Part shown: positions 48,478 through 57,195 of the stretch, in pieces
How positions within the stretch are numbered: the first letter of the stretch is position 1
Layout of the letters: every line of letters begins with the position of its first letter
Source: a virus
Lineage: Duplodnaviria; Caudoviricetes
DNA length: 64,000 nucleotides
Virus record (IMG/VR): IMGVR_UViG_2863231158_000001
Direction: 5' to 3' (one strand)
The notes under the pieces: model-generated
The model's database searches: none
The model's input: the letters and a program-made list of their open reading frames with translations, nothing else
Told to the model about the DNA's origin: nothing
Position numbers and translations under genes: made by a program

Positions 48478-48562
48478 GGTGGCGGAAGTGACCCCGAACC
48501 CTCTTCTTTCTTGGTTTTTCTTGTTCTTCAAAAAAGACAGGTAGAACCGTCACTCCGCCACC
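48478..48562. other. AT-rich element flanked by inverted repeats (copy 2, inverted relative to 28551..28643)
   Basis: GGTGGCGGAAGTGAC..pyrimidine tract, A6..GTCACTCCGCCACC. Confidence 0.7.
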
Positions 48563-48598
48563 CCTCTACCCCACCCCAGCAACCCCGAGGGGGAAGCC

Positions 48599-49435
48599 AT
48601 GCCCGGAGCCATCCGGACTATCAAGCGCGGTGGCTCGCGCTTCTACATCAGCCCTGAGACCGCCGAGAAGGTCCCGGGTGTTACGTCTATCGTGAGCATG
48701 CTGCCCAAACCGTTCCTCACCTTCTGGGCGGCCCGCATGACCGCGGAAACGGCAGTCGAGAACATGGACGCCGTGCGGGCAATCGCAGAGCGCGACCCCG
48801 CGGGCGCCGTGGACTTCCTGCGCAACGCGCACACCCGGTACACCAAACTCCGAGCCAAGGTGGGCAGCGATGCCCACGACCTGTTTGAACGCATGATGCG
48901 GCTTGAGGAAATCGGCCGCGTACACCCGGACTTGGAGCCGTACCGGCTCGGGTTCGCCGAGTTCCTTACCGCTGTGCGTCCGCAGCTCGTCCGGGCCGAG
49001 GACGTGTGTTGGTCCGACGAGCACGGTTACGCAGGGTCGTTTGACGCCCTGGTGCGCGTGCGGCTCGGCGAGGACGGAAAGCCCGACCACGAGAACGGCG
49101 AGTGGCACACGCTGTTGGTGGACTGGAAGACCAGTAAGAGCGCGTACCCGGACGTTGCGCTACAGCTCTCGGCGTATGCGCACGCGGACCGGATCATTGC
49201 CCCGGACGGGACGTCCGAGCCCATGCCGCAGGTGGACGGCGCGGCCGTTCTGCATATCACCCCGGAAGGCTGGGTGTTCAAGCCCGTCCGTATCGATGAG
49301 GAAATCTTCAACGTCTTTCTGACGCTGCGTCACGTGTTCCAGTGGGACCGCGAGATTTCCAAGACCGTGTTCGGGCGCCCGATCGCTGAGAGCGTCCGTC
49401 GGCTCATCACGGGAACGCAGCGCCGAGCCGCGTAG
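48599..49435 (+). CDS. PD-(D/E)XK exonuclease-like protein
   Basis: PGVTSI, GSDAHD, YAGSFD, VDWKTS, LQLSAY motifs. Confidence 0.85.
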   Translation: MPGAIRTIKRGGSRFYISPETAEKVPGVTSIVSMLPKPFLTFWAARMTAETAVENMDAVRAIAERDPAGAVDFLRNAHTRYTKLRAKVGSDAHDLFERMMRLEEIGRVHPDLEPYRLGFAEFLTAVRPQLVRAEDVCWSDEHGYAGSFDALVRVRLGEDGKPDHENGEWHTLLVDWKTSKSAYPDVALQLSAYAHADRIIAPDGTSEPMPQVDGAAVLHITPEGWVFKPVRIDEEIFNVFLTLRHVFQWDREISKTVFGRPIAESVRRLITGTQRRAA

Positions 49436-49512
49436 AACTCCACATCCGCAGACCAGGGACGCGCACGAGCGCTGTCCCTTTTTTCATGCCCAAAACCAGG
49501 GGGATTGACAGT

Positions 49513-50211
49513 ATGGGACTCCGAATTTTCGAGACCGACCCGGACGCTATGCCGAAGAACTCGTTCAGTGATGACACGGTGGGGCGCTTTCACGCGGGCC
49601 GACTGGTCAACGGGCTTCCGGAACAGCTCAGTGAGTGGCGTGTGACGACTGGTGACCCGGAGGTTGCCGCTGCTATTGCTCAGCTCATGGGCGGGCAGCC
49701 GGAAGAGACCGACTCCACTTCCGAGAACTTCATTGAGGTTCTGACCGCTCAGAGCAAGGTCAAGATTGTGCTTTCCGGTGCTGACGCGGTGACCTCGGAT
49801 ATGAAGCTGTGGAACGCATCGAATCTTATCCACCACTGCGATGGCGTCGAGTACCTGTCTCCGGACGAGGACCGGGGTAAGGCGTGCGGTTGCCCCGCTC
49901 TGATGGAGGACCGTAAGGCAGCCGCGAAGAGCAAGCGCGGCCCCGCGCCGAGCATCGCAGTAACGTTCCGCCTCGCTGAGGATTACGACCTTGGCCTTTT
50001 CCGGTTCCAGACCGGTTCGTGGAAGTTGGCCGAGACGCTGCACGAGATCGGCAACGCGCTGGACCGTATCGGCGGGGAAGCCCTCGCCGAACTGTCGCTA
50101 GAGCTGGTCGAGTACACCACGAAGAAGGGCCGGGACGTGTCGTACCGCAAGCCGGTCATTCGCGTACTGAAGTCGTGGAACGACGCGGTGAGCGACGCGC
50201 CGACGTTCTAG
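49513..50211 (+). CDS. Recombination directionality factor (phiC31 gp3 family)
   Basis: DDTVGRFH, STSENFI, DMKLW..HHCDG, CGCP, FQTGSW, LELVEYT blocks match phiC31 gp3 as I recall it. Confidence 0.82.
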   Translation: MGLRIFETDPDAMPKNSFSDDTVGRFHAGRLVNGLPEQLSEWRVTTGDPEVAAAIAQLMGGQPEETDSTSENFIEVLTAQSKVKIVLSGADAVTSDMKLWNASNLIHHCDGVEYLSPDEDRGKACGCPALMEDRKAAAKSKRGPAPSIAVTFRLAEDYDLGLFRFQTGSWKLAETLHEIGNALDRIGGEALAELSLELVEYTTKKGRDVSYRKPVIRVLKSWNDAVSDAPTF

Positions 50212-50231
50212 CCGGCGAGGGGCCCGGGTGC

Positions 50232-50777
50232 ATGCTCGGGCCCCTTTCTTCTGGGGGTACTCACATTCCGATTCTGGAACTGTGCGCCGGATACGGGGGT
50301 ATCGGCAGGGCTGTTGAGGCTCTGACCGGGGACAGAATAAAGATCGTGGCGGAGATCGATCCGTACGCGTCGCTGATCCTCGCCACCCGATATCCGCATG
50401 CGCGCAACATCGGAGACATAACCAAATTTGACTGGTCCACCATTGCGGGAGAGGTGGACATCGTTACGGCAGGGTTCCCGTGTCAAGACATTTCGAACGC
50501 GGGGAAACGGGCGGGGATTCATGGTGAGAGGTCGGGTATCTGGGAAAGCGTTCTCGGGGCCGTTCGCGTTCTTCGACCACGGTTCGTTTTCCTGGAGAAC
50601 GTATCCGCCATCCGAAACAGGGGCCTCGCGCACGTACTCGCGGGACTGGCCGAGACACGGTATGACACGCGGTGGTGTTGCCATCGGGCGTCCGCAGTTG
50701 GAGCCGCCCACCACAGAGATAGATGGTTCCTCGTTGCCGCCTCTGCTGCCGACTCCTCTCGCATCCGACGCGACTAA
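50232..50777 (+). CDS. C5-cytosine DNA methyltransferase, N-terminal part (motifs I-VIII)
   Basis: ELCAGYGG, GFPCQD, LENV, HHRDRWF; ends before motifs IX-X; start codon uncertain. Confidence 0.85.
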   Translation: MLGPLSSGGTHIPILELCAGYGGIGRAVEALTGDRIKIVAEIDPYASLILATRYPHARNIGDITKFDWSTIAGEVDIVTAGFPCQDISNAGKRAGIHGERSGIWESVLGAVRVLRPRFVFLENVSAIRNRGLAHVLAGLAETRYDTRWCCHRASAVGAAHHRDRWFLVAASAADSSRIRRD

Positions 50778-51321
50778 GGGCCCGGACTTCGCGCGAGACG
50801 ACCGGCAGGGAAGCGGCGGACAGGATCTCGTTACCGCAGTGGCGCGGCTCTTCGACAAGGAACGTGCGCACAAGCTGTTCAAGACGCCGACGGCGAATTT
50901 GGGCAGCAATGGCGCCCCGCAGCATCCCGACAAACGGCGTGCGGGCGGGCACGGGCCGACACTCGATGACGAGGTTTCGTTCCTGTTGCCCGTGGACCCG
51001 GACGTTGCCGAGGAGACCCCGGGAGCCTTCCACAGCCCGCCGGAATGGTGGGCCGATTACGGGCCCGCTGTGCACCGTTGGGAAACCCTGATGGGCTCGC
51101 CGGCTCCGGTCCCGGTGGAGTTCGGCCCCCGCGGCGGGCGGCGCCTCGCGTCCGTGTTCGCCGAGTGGCTAATGGGACTGCCCCGGGGGTGGATCACTCA
51201 CATTCCCGGGCTCAACCGGTCGCGTCAGCTCAAGGCAGCCGGAAACGGGGTCGTGTCCCAACAGGCATTCGCGGCGTATCTGCATCTGCTCAACTACAAG
51301 GAAGAGGCCAACGATGGGTAA
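50521..51321 (+). CDS. C5 methyltransferase C-terminal part (TRD and motifs IX-X) in an overlapping frame; start uncertain
   Basis: LLPTPLASD/KTPTA repeats, EWLMGLPRGW, RQLKAAGNGVV. Confidence 0.75.
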   Translation: MVRGRVSGKAFSGPFAFFDHGSFSWRTYPPSETGASRTYSRDWPRHGMTRGGVAIGRPQLEPPTTEIDGSSLPPLLPTPLASDATKGPDFARDDRQGSGGQDLVTAVARLFDKERAHKLFKTPTANLGSNGAPQHPDKRRAGGHGPTLDDEVSFLLPVDPDVAEETPGAFHSPPEWWADYGPAVHRWETLMGSPAPVPVEFGPRGGRRLASVFAEWLMGLPRGWITHIPGLNRSRQLKAAGNGVVSQQAFAAYLHLLNYKEEANDG

Positions 51322-51598
51322 GCGGGGGGTCGTCACCGACTACGGGGGCGAGGAGCTGTACCGGGGGGATTTGGTCGCGTACGCGGCACGGCAGGGAAAC
51401 CGGGTGCGTATGGCTGACGCCATCGTGGACCGGGTGACAACTCGCCTTGTGGACGGGCGACTTAGGCCGATGCTGCGCATCCGCCCTACCGGCACTGAAT
51501 CGGGTTTCGCTAAGCGCCGGTCTCTCCGGAAGGAGTGGATCACGTCGGAACATGTCCGCTTGATCATCCCTGATGTGACGGGCGAGCGAGACCAGTAA
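51314..51598 (+). CDS. Phage early hypothetical protein
   Basis: Overlaps the previous stop, GAGG RBS; followed by a hairpin. Confidence 0.7.
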   Translation: MGKRGVVTDYGGEELYRGDLVAYAARQGNRVRMADAIVDRVTTRLVDGRLRPMLRIRPTGTESGFAKRRSLRKEWITSEHVRLIIPDVTGERDQ

Positions 51599-51663
51599 CA
51601 CGCACGACCAGAGAGGACCGGACTTCCCTATGAGGGGGTCCGGTCCTTTCGTTTGGGGGGACA

Positions 51664-51849
51664 GTGATTTACGAGTTGAGTGCCGACTACGCGCCGCCCA
51701 TCGGGGACGTGCGTGAACTCAGTGCGGGTGACGAACTGTGGCTAATGCCCGGGTGGAAGACCCGTCCGGACTGGCTTCGCTATCTCGCCGCTGCGGCACA
51801 CGCGATGGGGCGCGGGTGCGTGATCCGGCAGGGGGAAGCCGATGGCTAA
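51664..51849 (+). CDS. Small hypothetical protein
   Basis: GGGGGG RBS, GTG start, coupled to the next gene. Confidence 0.55.
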   Translation: MIYELSADYAPPIGDVRELSAGDELWLMPGWKTRPDWLRYLAAAAHAMGRGCVIRQGEADG

Positions 51850-52372
51850 CCCGAACAAGCGACGCGGGACGGCATGGGAAAGCGCAATACGCGACTACCT
51901 GAATTGGTACCTCGGCCTGGTGGACGAGACCGGAGCATTCCGTAACCCGCTCTCGGGCGAGAACATCCGCCGAGCCGCACAAGAGGGCGCGAAGGATGTC
52001 GGCGACATCCACGCGGCCCCGTTCATCATCGAAGCAAAGGACGTGAAGTCTCCCGCGGTCCCAACGTGGCTACGACAAGCCGACGTTGAGGCACGGCACG
52101 CGGGTTTCCCGTACGGCGTGGTCGTCCACAAGGTGCGGCGGGCGGCGGTGTGGAACGGGCGCGTGCACATGTCGGTGCGGACGTGGACCCGGGTTCGGCT
52201 TGCCCTCGGCATGCCCGCCGTGGAGTTCGCCGCGGCGTACGGCTGGACTACCTCGCTGCGCGGGCTCGACACGTCGCGCTGGTACATGACCACCACCGTG
52301 TGGGATCTCGGGCGCCTACTCGCCGACTACCGCAGCACCGTGGCGGGGGTGAGCGGGCATGCTGCTGTCTGA
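51842..52372 (+). CDS. Holliday-junction-resolvase-like nuclease
   Basis: NKRRGTAWE..DVGDI..IEAKD motif. Confidence 0.75.
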   Translation: MANPNKRRGTAWESAIRDYLNWYLGLVDETGAFRNPLSGENIRRAAQEGAKDVGDIHAAPFIIEAKDVKSPAVPTWLRQADVEARHAGFPYGVVVHKVRRAAVWNGRVHMSVRTWTRVRLALGMPAVEFAAAYGWTTSLRGLDTSRWYMTTTVWDLGRLLADYRSTVAGVSGHAAV

Positions 52373-54794
52373 TCTGCTCGCCCGGTTCGATCAGGTGACG
52401 GACCAGGCGGACGGCGGGTACCTCGCCGCGTGCCCCTCACATCCGGACTCGCGCCCCTCGCTGCGCATATGGAGGGGCGAGGACCTGAAAGTACGGCTCA
52501 CATGCCGTACGGGCTGTGCCACCGCGGACGTGATCGCAGCGGCGCGGCTGTCCTGGTCGGACCTGTTCGACGTGAGCGGCCCCGGGGCCACCGTGTCCGC
52601 CGAGCGCCCCGAGCTGGTGCCCGTCGCGCAGACTGCCGCGCTCGCCGCGTACGTGGACCGGACCTCGCTCGCCCTCGGCGACTACGGGGCCGAGTGGTCC
52701 GAGCGGGCCCGGACGTACCTCGCCGACCGGTTCGGGCTCGACCTGGAGACCGCCGCGGAACTCGGGCTCGGCGTGGACCAGGGCGACCAGGGCGAGGGGT
52801 TCGCCTACCTCTCGCGGCTCTACCGCGAACACCCTCGGCTGACCGTGCCCCTGAACGGGTTCGATGGGACGCCCCGTGGCCTACAGGGGCGAGACCTCGG
52901 CGGGCAGTGCCCTGCACGGTGGCTGTCCCTGGTCAACCCGAAGGGTCTCCGGTGGGCGCCGTACGGCGTGTTCCGGGGCGGGGGCGGGTACGGCACGGTC
53001 CTGATCACGGAGGGGCCCGGAGACGCACTCACAGCGGTTGCGTGCGGCTATGACGCTGTGGCCGTGCGCGGTGCGTCCCTCGCCGGCTCGCCCGAGCTGG
53101 TTGCCGAACTCGCCGAGGGATTACGCGGGCAGCTCGTGATTCTCGCCGGGGACAACGACCAGGCGGGCAACGGGTTCACGACCCGCCTCGCCGGGGGGCT
53201 CGCCGAGCACGGGATAGACGCGTTCTGCCTCGACCTCCCGGACACTTCGGGGGATGTGACCGACTGGCGCGAGTCGGCACCTGAGCGGTTCGCGGCCGAG
53301 CTTCACCGTGCGGTCAAGGCAGCTCGTCCGGTCCGCCCTTCTGCCGAGGTGGAAGCGGACGCCCGGACGGCAGAGTTGGCGAACAGGACCGGCGCGGACG
53401 TGGTGTCCCGCGACCAGGGCGCCGAAGCGGCGGACATCCTCGCCAAGCTCGTGTCGCAGTACGGCGAGTCCGACGCGATGAACGCTCACGCACTGGTCGC
53501 CTGGTCCGGGGGCCGCATCCGCTACGCGGCAGGGCTCGGGTTCTACACGTGGAACGGCCGTACGTGGGTCCGCTCGGACATGCGGGTACGGCAGGAAATC
53601 CACCGCATGGGCGCCGCGCTCGTCCTCGCCGGACAGAACCAGCTAGCGCGCGGGTTCACGATGACCTCGCGGATTGACGCGTTGCTGACCGAGCTGTGTT
53701 CCGTGCCCAACGTCAGCATTGCGGCGACGGACTTTGACGACCGGCCCGACTTGCTCAACTTCCGCAACGGCACGGTGGATTTGCGTACAGGCCGACTCCG
53801 CCCGCACGACCAGGCCGACCTACTGACGTACGCACTCGATATCGACTACAACCCCGATGCACAGAGCCCACGGTGGGAATCATTCCTCGCCGAGATCTTC
53901 CCCGGCATGCCAGAGATGCCCGCCTACATTCAACGGCTCGTCGGCTACGGCATCACAGGACACACCACGGAACAGTCTTTCGGGGTGCTGTGGGGCAAGG
54001 GCGCCAACGGAAAAAGCGTGCTGGTGGACACTCTGACAACGGTGTTCCGATCTATTTCCCGGACGACGCCATTTGCCACGTTTGAGGAGCGCAAGAGCGG
54101 CGGCATTCCGAATGACATCGCCGCGTTGCGCGGGGCTCGCCTGGTCATGGCGTCCGAGGGTGAGTCCGGCAAGTCCATGTCGGAATCCATCCTCAAGCGC
54201 GTGACCGGCAAGGACATGATCTCGGCAAGGTTCCTGCGGCAAGAGTTCTTCGAGTTCAAGCCGTCCTTTTTGCTGCTGTTGGCCACGAACCATAAGCCCA
54301 AGTTCCGTTCACAGGACGAAGGGCTTTGGCGGCGCGTCAAATTGCTGCCTTTCAAGCGGTGGTTCGCACCCGAGGAGAGGGACCCGGACCTAGACCGGAA
54401 ACTACTCGCCGAAGCCGAGGGCATAGCCGCATGGGCCGTGCGCGGAGCGGTCGAGTGGTACCGGGGCGGACTGCAAGACCCGCAGGCCATCACAGGTGCG
54501 AGTCAGGAGTACCGCGAGACCTCGGACCCCCTCGCCGGCTTCCTGCCGGGCGTACTCGACTACGCGGACGAATCCGTTGTGATCAACGGAAACGACGCGT
54601 TCAACAGCTACTTGGAATGGTGTGAGGCCGAGAACCTTCCCGCAAAGGAACGGTGGACCCGCCGCGCCTTCTATGACGCCATGGAGGAACGCGGAGCCGT
54701 CCGCAAGAAGACCAACAAGGGGATTTCCCTCGCCGGGCTCCGCCTCGCCGACGAAAGCCCCGATGCGGTCGGCCCCGGAATCTTCGGCAACTAG
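52359..54794 (+). CDS. Primase-helicase (Zn finger, TOPRIM, D5/P4-type SF3 helicase)
   Basis: CPSH.D.RPSL, TEGPGD, DND, LLNFRNGTVDL, GKGANGKS, TNHKP, WRR. Confidence 0.93.
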   Translation: MLLSDLLARFDQVTDQADGGYLAACPSHPDSRPSLRIWRGEDLKVRLTCRTGCATADVIAAARLSWSDLFDVSGPGATVSAERPELVPVAQTAALAAYVDRTSLALGDYGAEWSERARTYLADRFGLDLETAAELGLGVDQGDQGEGFAYLSRLYREHPRLTVPLNGFDGTPRGLQGRDLGGQCPARWLSLVNPKGLRWAPYGVFRGGGGYGTVLITEGPGDALTAVACGYDAVAVRGASLAGSPELVAELAEGLRGQLVILAGDNDQAGNGFTTRLAGGLAEHGIDAFCLDLPDTSGDVTDWRESAPERFAAELHRAVKAARPVRPSAEVEADARTAELANRTGADVVSRDQGAEAADILAKLVSQYGESDAMNAHALVAWSGGRIRYAAGLGFYTWNGRTWVRSDMRVRQEIHRMGAALVLAGQNQLARGFTMTSRIDALLTELCSVPNVSIAATDFDDRPDLLNFRNGTVDLRTGRLRPHDQADLLTYALDIDYNPDAQSPRWESFLAEIFPGMPEMPAYIQRLVGYGITGHTTEQSFGVLWGKGANGKSVLVDTLTTVFRSISRTTPFATFEERKSGGIPNDIAALRGARLVMASEGESGKSMSESILKRVTGKDMISARFLRQEFFEFKPSFLLLLATNHKPKFRSQDEGLWRRVKLLPFKRWFAPEERDPDLDRKLLAEAEGIAAWAVRGAVEWYRGGLQDPQAITGASQEYRETSDPLAGFLPGVLDYADESVVINGNDAFNSYLEWCEAENLPAKERWTRRAFYDAMEERGAVRKKTNKGISLAGLRLADESPDAVGPGIFGN

Positions 54795-54863
54795 CAGACC
54801 ACGTAAGCGGGTCGTCCTCCCCAACTCGGGGCGGGCGGCCCGCTTTTGCTATAGGGGGAGACA

Positions 54864-56717
54864 GTGAAGGAATTCCGGCACGAGATAGCCGGTGAACTGA
54901 TCACAGTGCACGTGCCTGAGACCACGGAAGACCTTAACGAGTTCTGGCGGTGGCTGTATGAGGCACGCGAGCGGGGTCCTATCGCACTCGATACCGAGAC
55001 CACGGGCTTGAACGTCTTCAACCCGTCGTTTCGGCTCCGCACCGTGCAATTCGGCGACCAGCGCGACGCATGGGTGATCCAGTACGAGCGGGGCGGGTAC
55101 TTCGAATCCTATGCGCGCGAGGCAGTCCAGCGCACACAACGCGTTCTCATTCACAACGCTGCCTATGACTGGCTCGTACTCGACCGGTGCGCGGGCATTC
55201 CGTTGGAAGACCTCGCACCGTGGACGACCGATACCCGCACCCTTGCGGCGCTCTGCGACCCGCGCCAACCGTCCGAGGGCGGGATAGGGACCGCCCTCAA
55301 ACCGCTATCGGCCCGGTGGGTGGACCCCGCGGCCCCGGACACACAGAGCGGGCTCACCGCGGTGTTCCGCTCGCTCGGGCTGACGAAAGAGACCGGATGG
55401 GCGGGCATCCCGCTGGACCACCCGACGTACCTCCTGTACGCGGGACTCGACGTCATCCTGACCGCCCGCCTGTTCCCGGCACTCCGCCGCGAGCTGGCCC
55501 GGCTCGGCGTGCGCAACGAGCTGGTGGCGTACGAGCACGAGCTAGCCCGCATCTGCGCCGTGATGCAGCGGCGCGGGTTGCTCGTGGACCAGGACTACGC
55601 GGGCCCCCTCGCTCGCCGGCTCGCCGCGGAAGCCGAGCGGTACCGCGCGGTCGCAGCCCGGTACGGCGTGATCAAGGTGGGGTCGGGCGACCAGGTTGCG
55701 GCGGCACTCGTGGGCATGGGCGAGACGCTGACCGAGCGCACCGACGCGGGCGCCCTCAAGACGGACAAGGCTGTTCTCTTGCCCCTCGCCGACCTTGACC
55801 GGGACTGGCAGAGGATCGGGGCCCGTGAGCCGAACCGGCTCGCCGATGCCGTGCTACGGGCGAAGCGCGCCGCGAAGTGGGGTGAGACCTACGCCGCGGG
55901 GTTCATGAACAAGCTCGACGACGCAGGGCGCATCCACCCCGTGATCACGCCCCTCGCGGCGCGGACAGGGCGTATGTCCGTGACGGACGGACTGCACCAG
56001 CTTCCGAGTTCCGATCACATCGTGCGCCGCGCGATCCTCGCCGAGCCCGGACACGTCAAGATCTCCACCGACTTTCAAGCGATTGAAATGCGGGTCCTCG
56101 CTGCCCTCGCCGATGTGCGCCGTATGAAAGAGGGGTTCACCAGGGGCGGCGACGCATTCGACATCCACATGTACACGGCCAAGTTGATCCGAGGCGAGGG
56201 CGCCACGAAGCGCGACCGGAAGCTATTCAAGGGTGCCGGGTTCGGAAAGGTCTACGGCGGAGGAATCACCACGCTCGCTAGGCAGACCGGCGCGAGCGAG
56301 GCAGAGATTTCCCAAGCGGTCACCGCGTACGACCGAGTATTTCCGGAGATCAAGCGCGCGGGAAAGCGGTGGCAGCGTCAAGCTTTCCAAAACGGCATGG
56401 TGTTCGTCTCGGCGACCGGTCGCCGACTTCCGCTTGACCGGGACCGCACCTACGCCGTAACGAATTACGCGTGCCAATCTGCGGCGAGAGATGTCCTCGG
56501 GCAAGCCATGATCGAAATGGAAGGCGCGGGACTGCTCGAATACATGCGACTCCCGATCCATGACGAAATCCTGGCATCGGCTCCGCGCGAGGACGCGGCG
56601 GACGTAGCCCGCGAGTTCGAACGCTGCATGACCATGAGCCTGTACGGGGTCCCCATCGTGGCTGAGGCGGAGATAGGCGGGCGCTCGTGGGGCTCGCTAT
56701 ACGGCGCGGACTACTGA
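54864..56717 (+). CDS. Family A DNA polymerase with 3'-5' exonuclease
   Basis: DTETTG, HNAAYD, RTGRMS, DFQAIEMR, R..K..FGKVYG, IHDE. Confidence 0.93.
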   Translation: MKEFRHEIAGELITVHVPETTEDLNEFWRWLYEARERGPIALDTETTGLNVFNPSFRLRTVQFGDQRDAWVIQYERGGYFESYAREAVQRTQRVLIHNAAYDWLVLDRCAGIPLEDLAPWTTDTRTLAALCDPRQPSEGGIGTALKPLSARWVDPAAPDTQSGLTAVFRSLGLTKETGWAGIPLDHPTYLLYAGLDVILTARLFPALRRELARLGVRNELVAYEHELARICAVMQRRGLLVDQDYAGPLARRLAAEAERYRAVAARYGVIKVGSGDQVAAALVGMGETLTERTDAGALKTDKAVLLPLADLDRDWQRIGAREPNRLADAVLRAKRAAKWGETYAAGFMNKLDDAGRIHPVITPLAARTGRMSVTDGLHQLPSSDHIVRRAILAEPGHVKISTDFQAIEMRVLAALADVRRMKEGFTRGGDAFDIHMYTAKLIRGEGATKRDRKLFKGAGFGKVYGGGITTLARQTGASEAEISQAVTAYDRVFPEIKRAGKRWQRQAFQNGMVFVSATGRRLPLDRDRTYAVTNYACQSAARDVLGQAMIEMEGAGLLEYMRLPIHDEILASAPREDAADVAREFERCMTMSLYGVPIVAEAEIGGRSWGSLYGADY

Positions 56718-57195
56718 TTACGGAGCGCGGTAACCCACGGAAACCGATGCACGCTGCGTAGCGCAAAGACCCTTCTTTTGAAGACCTGGCAACGCAATGA
56801 GTAGTTGAGCAGCATTGATAACGGCAAGGTCACGATTTCCATGATTTCTTCACACTTTGCTCGCTCTCCGTAGATAAACAAGGTAACGATCTGACCAAAC
56901 GTCACGAAAGATTGCGGCCATGCCGTCAATCTCGCACCTTAGTGCAACTTTGCGCCGTTAAGTGCAGATCTATGCGCATTGTTATGCCGCTGGCATATTC
57001 CTAAATTCATTGCCACGCAGCGATATGGCAATGCGCAAGCCCCGTCCTGCTAACCCGGGACGGGGCATTTTCATGCCCTTTTTGAAGCGCATTGCATAAC
57101 GGCCGCCAAGCCATTTGGTGACCTCACACGCCCCGTTCCGGGCAACCCCTGCTCTCCACAGAGAGCAAAGCCACCCGGACACGGAGCGATGCTCA

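Noticed and set aside
48599-49435. Cas4 as evidence of a CRISPR system
   Set aside because: PD-(D/E)XK nuclease without the four-Cys Fe-S pattern, located in the phage recombination/replication block.
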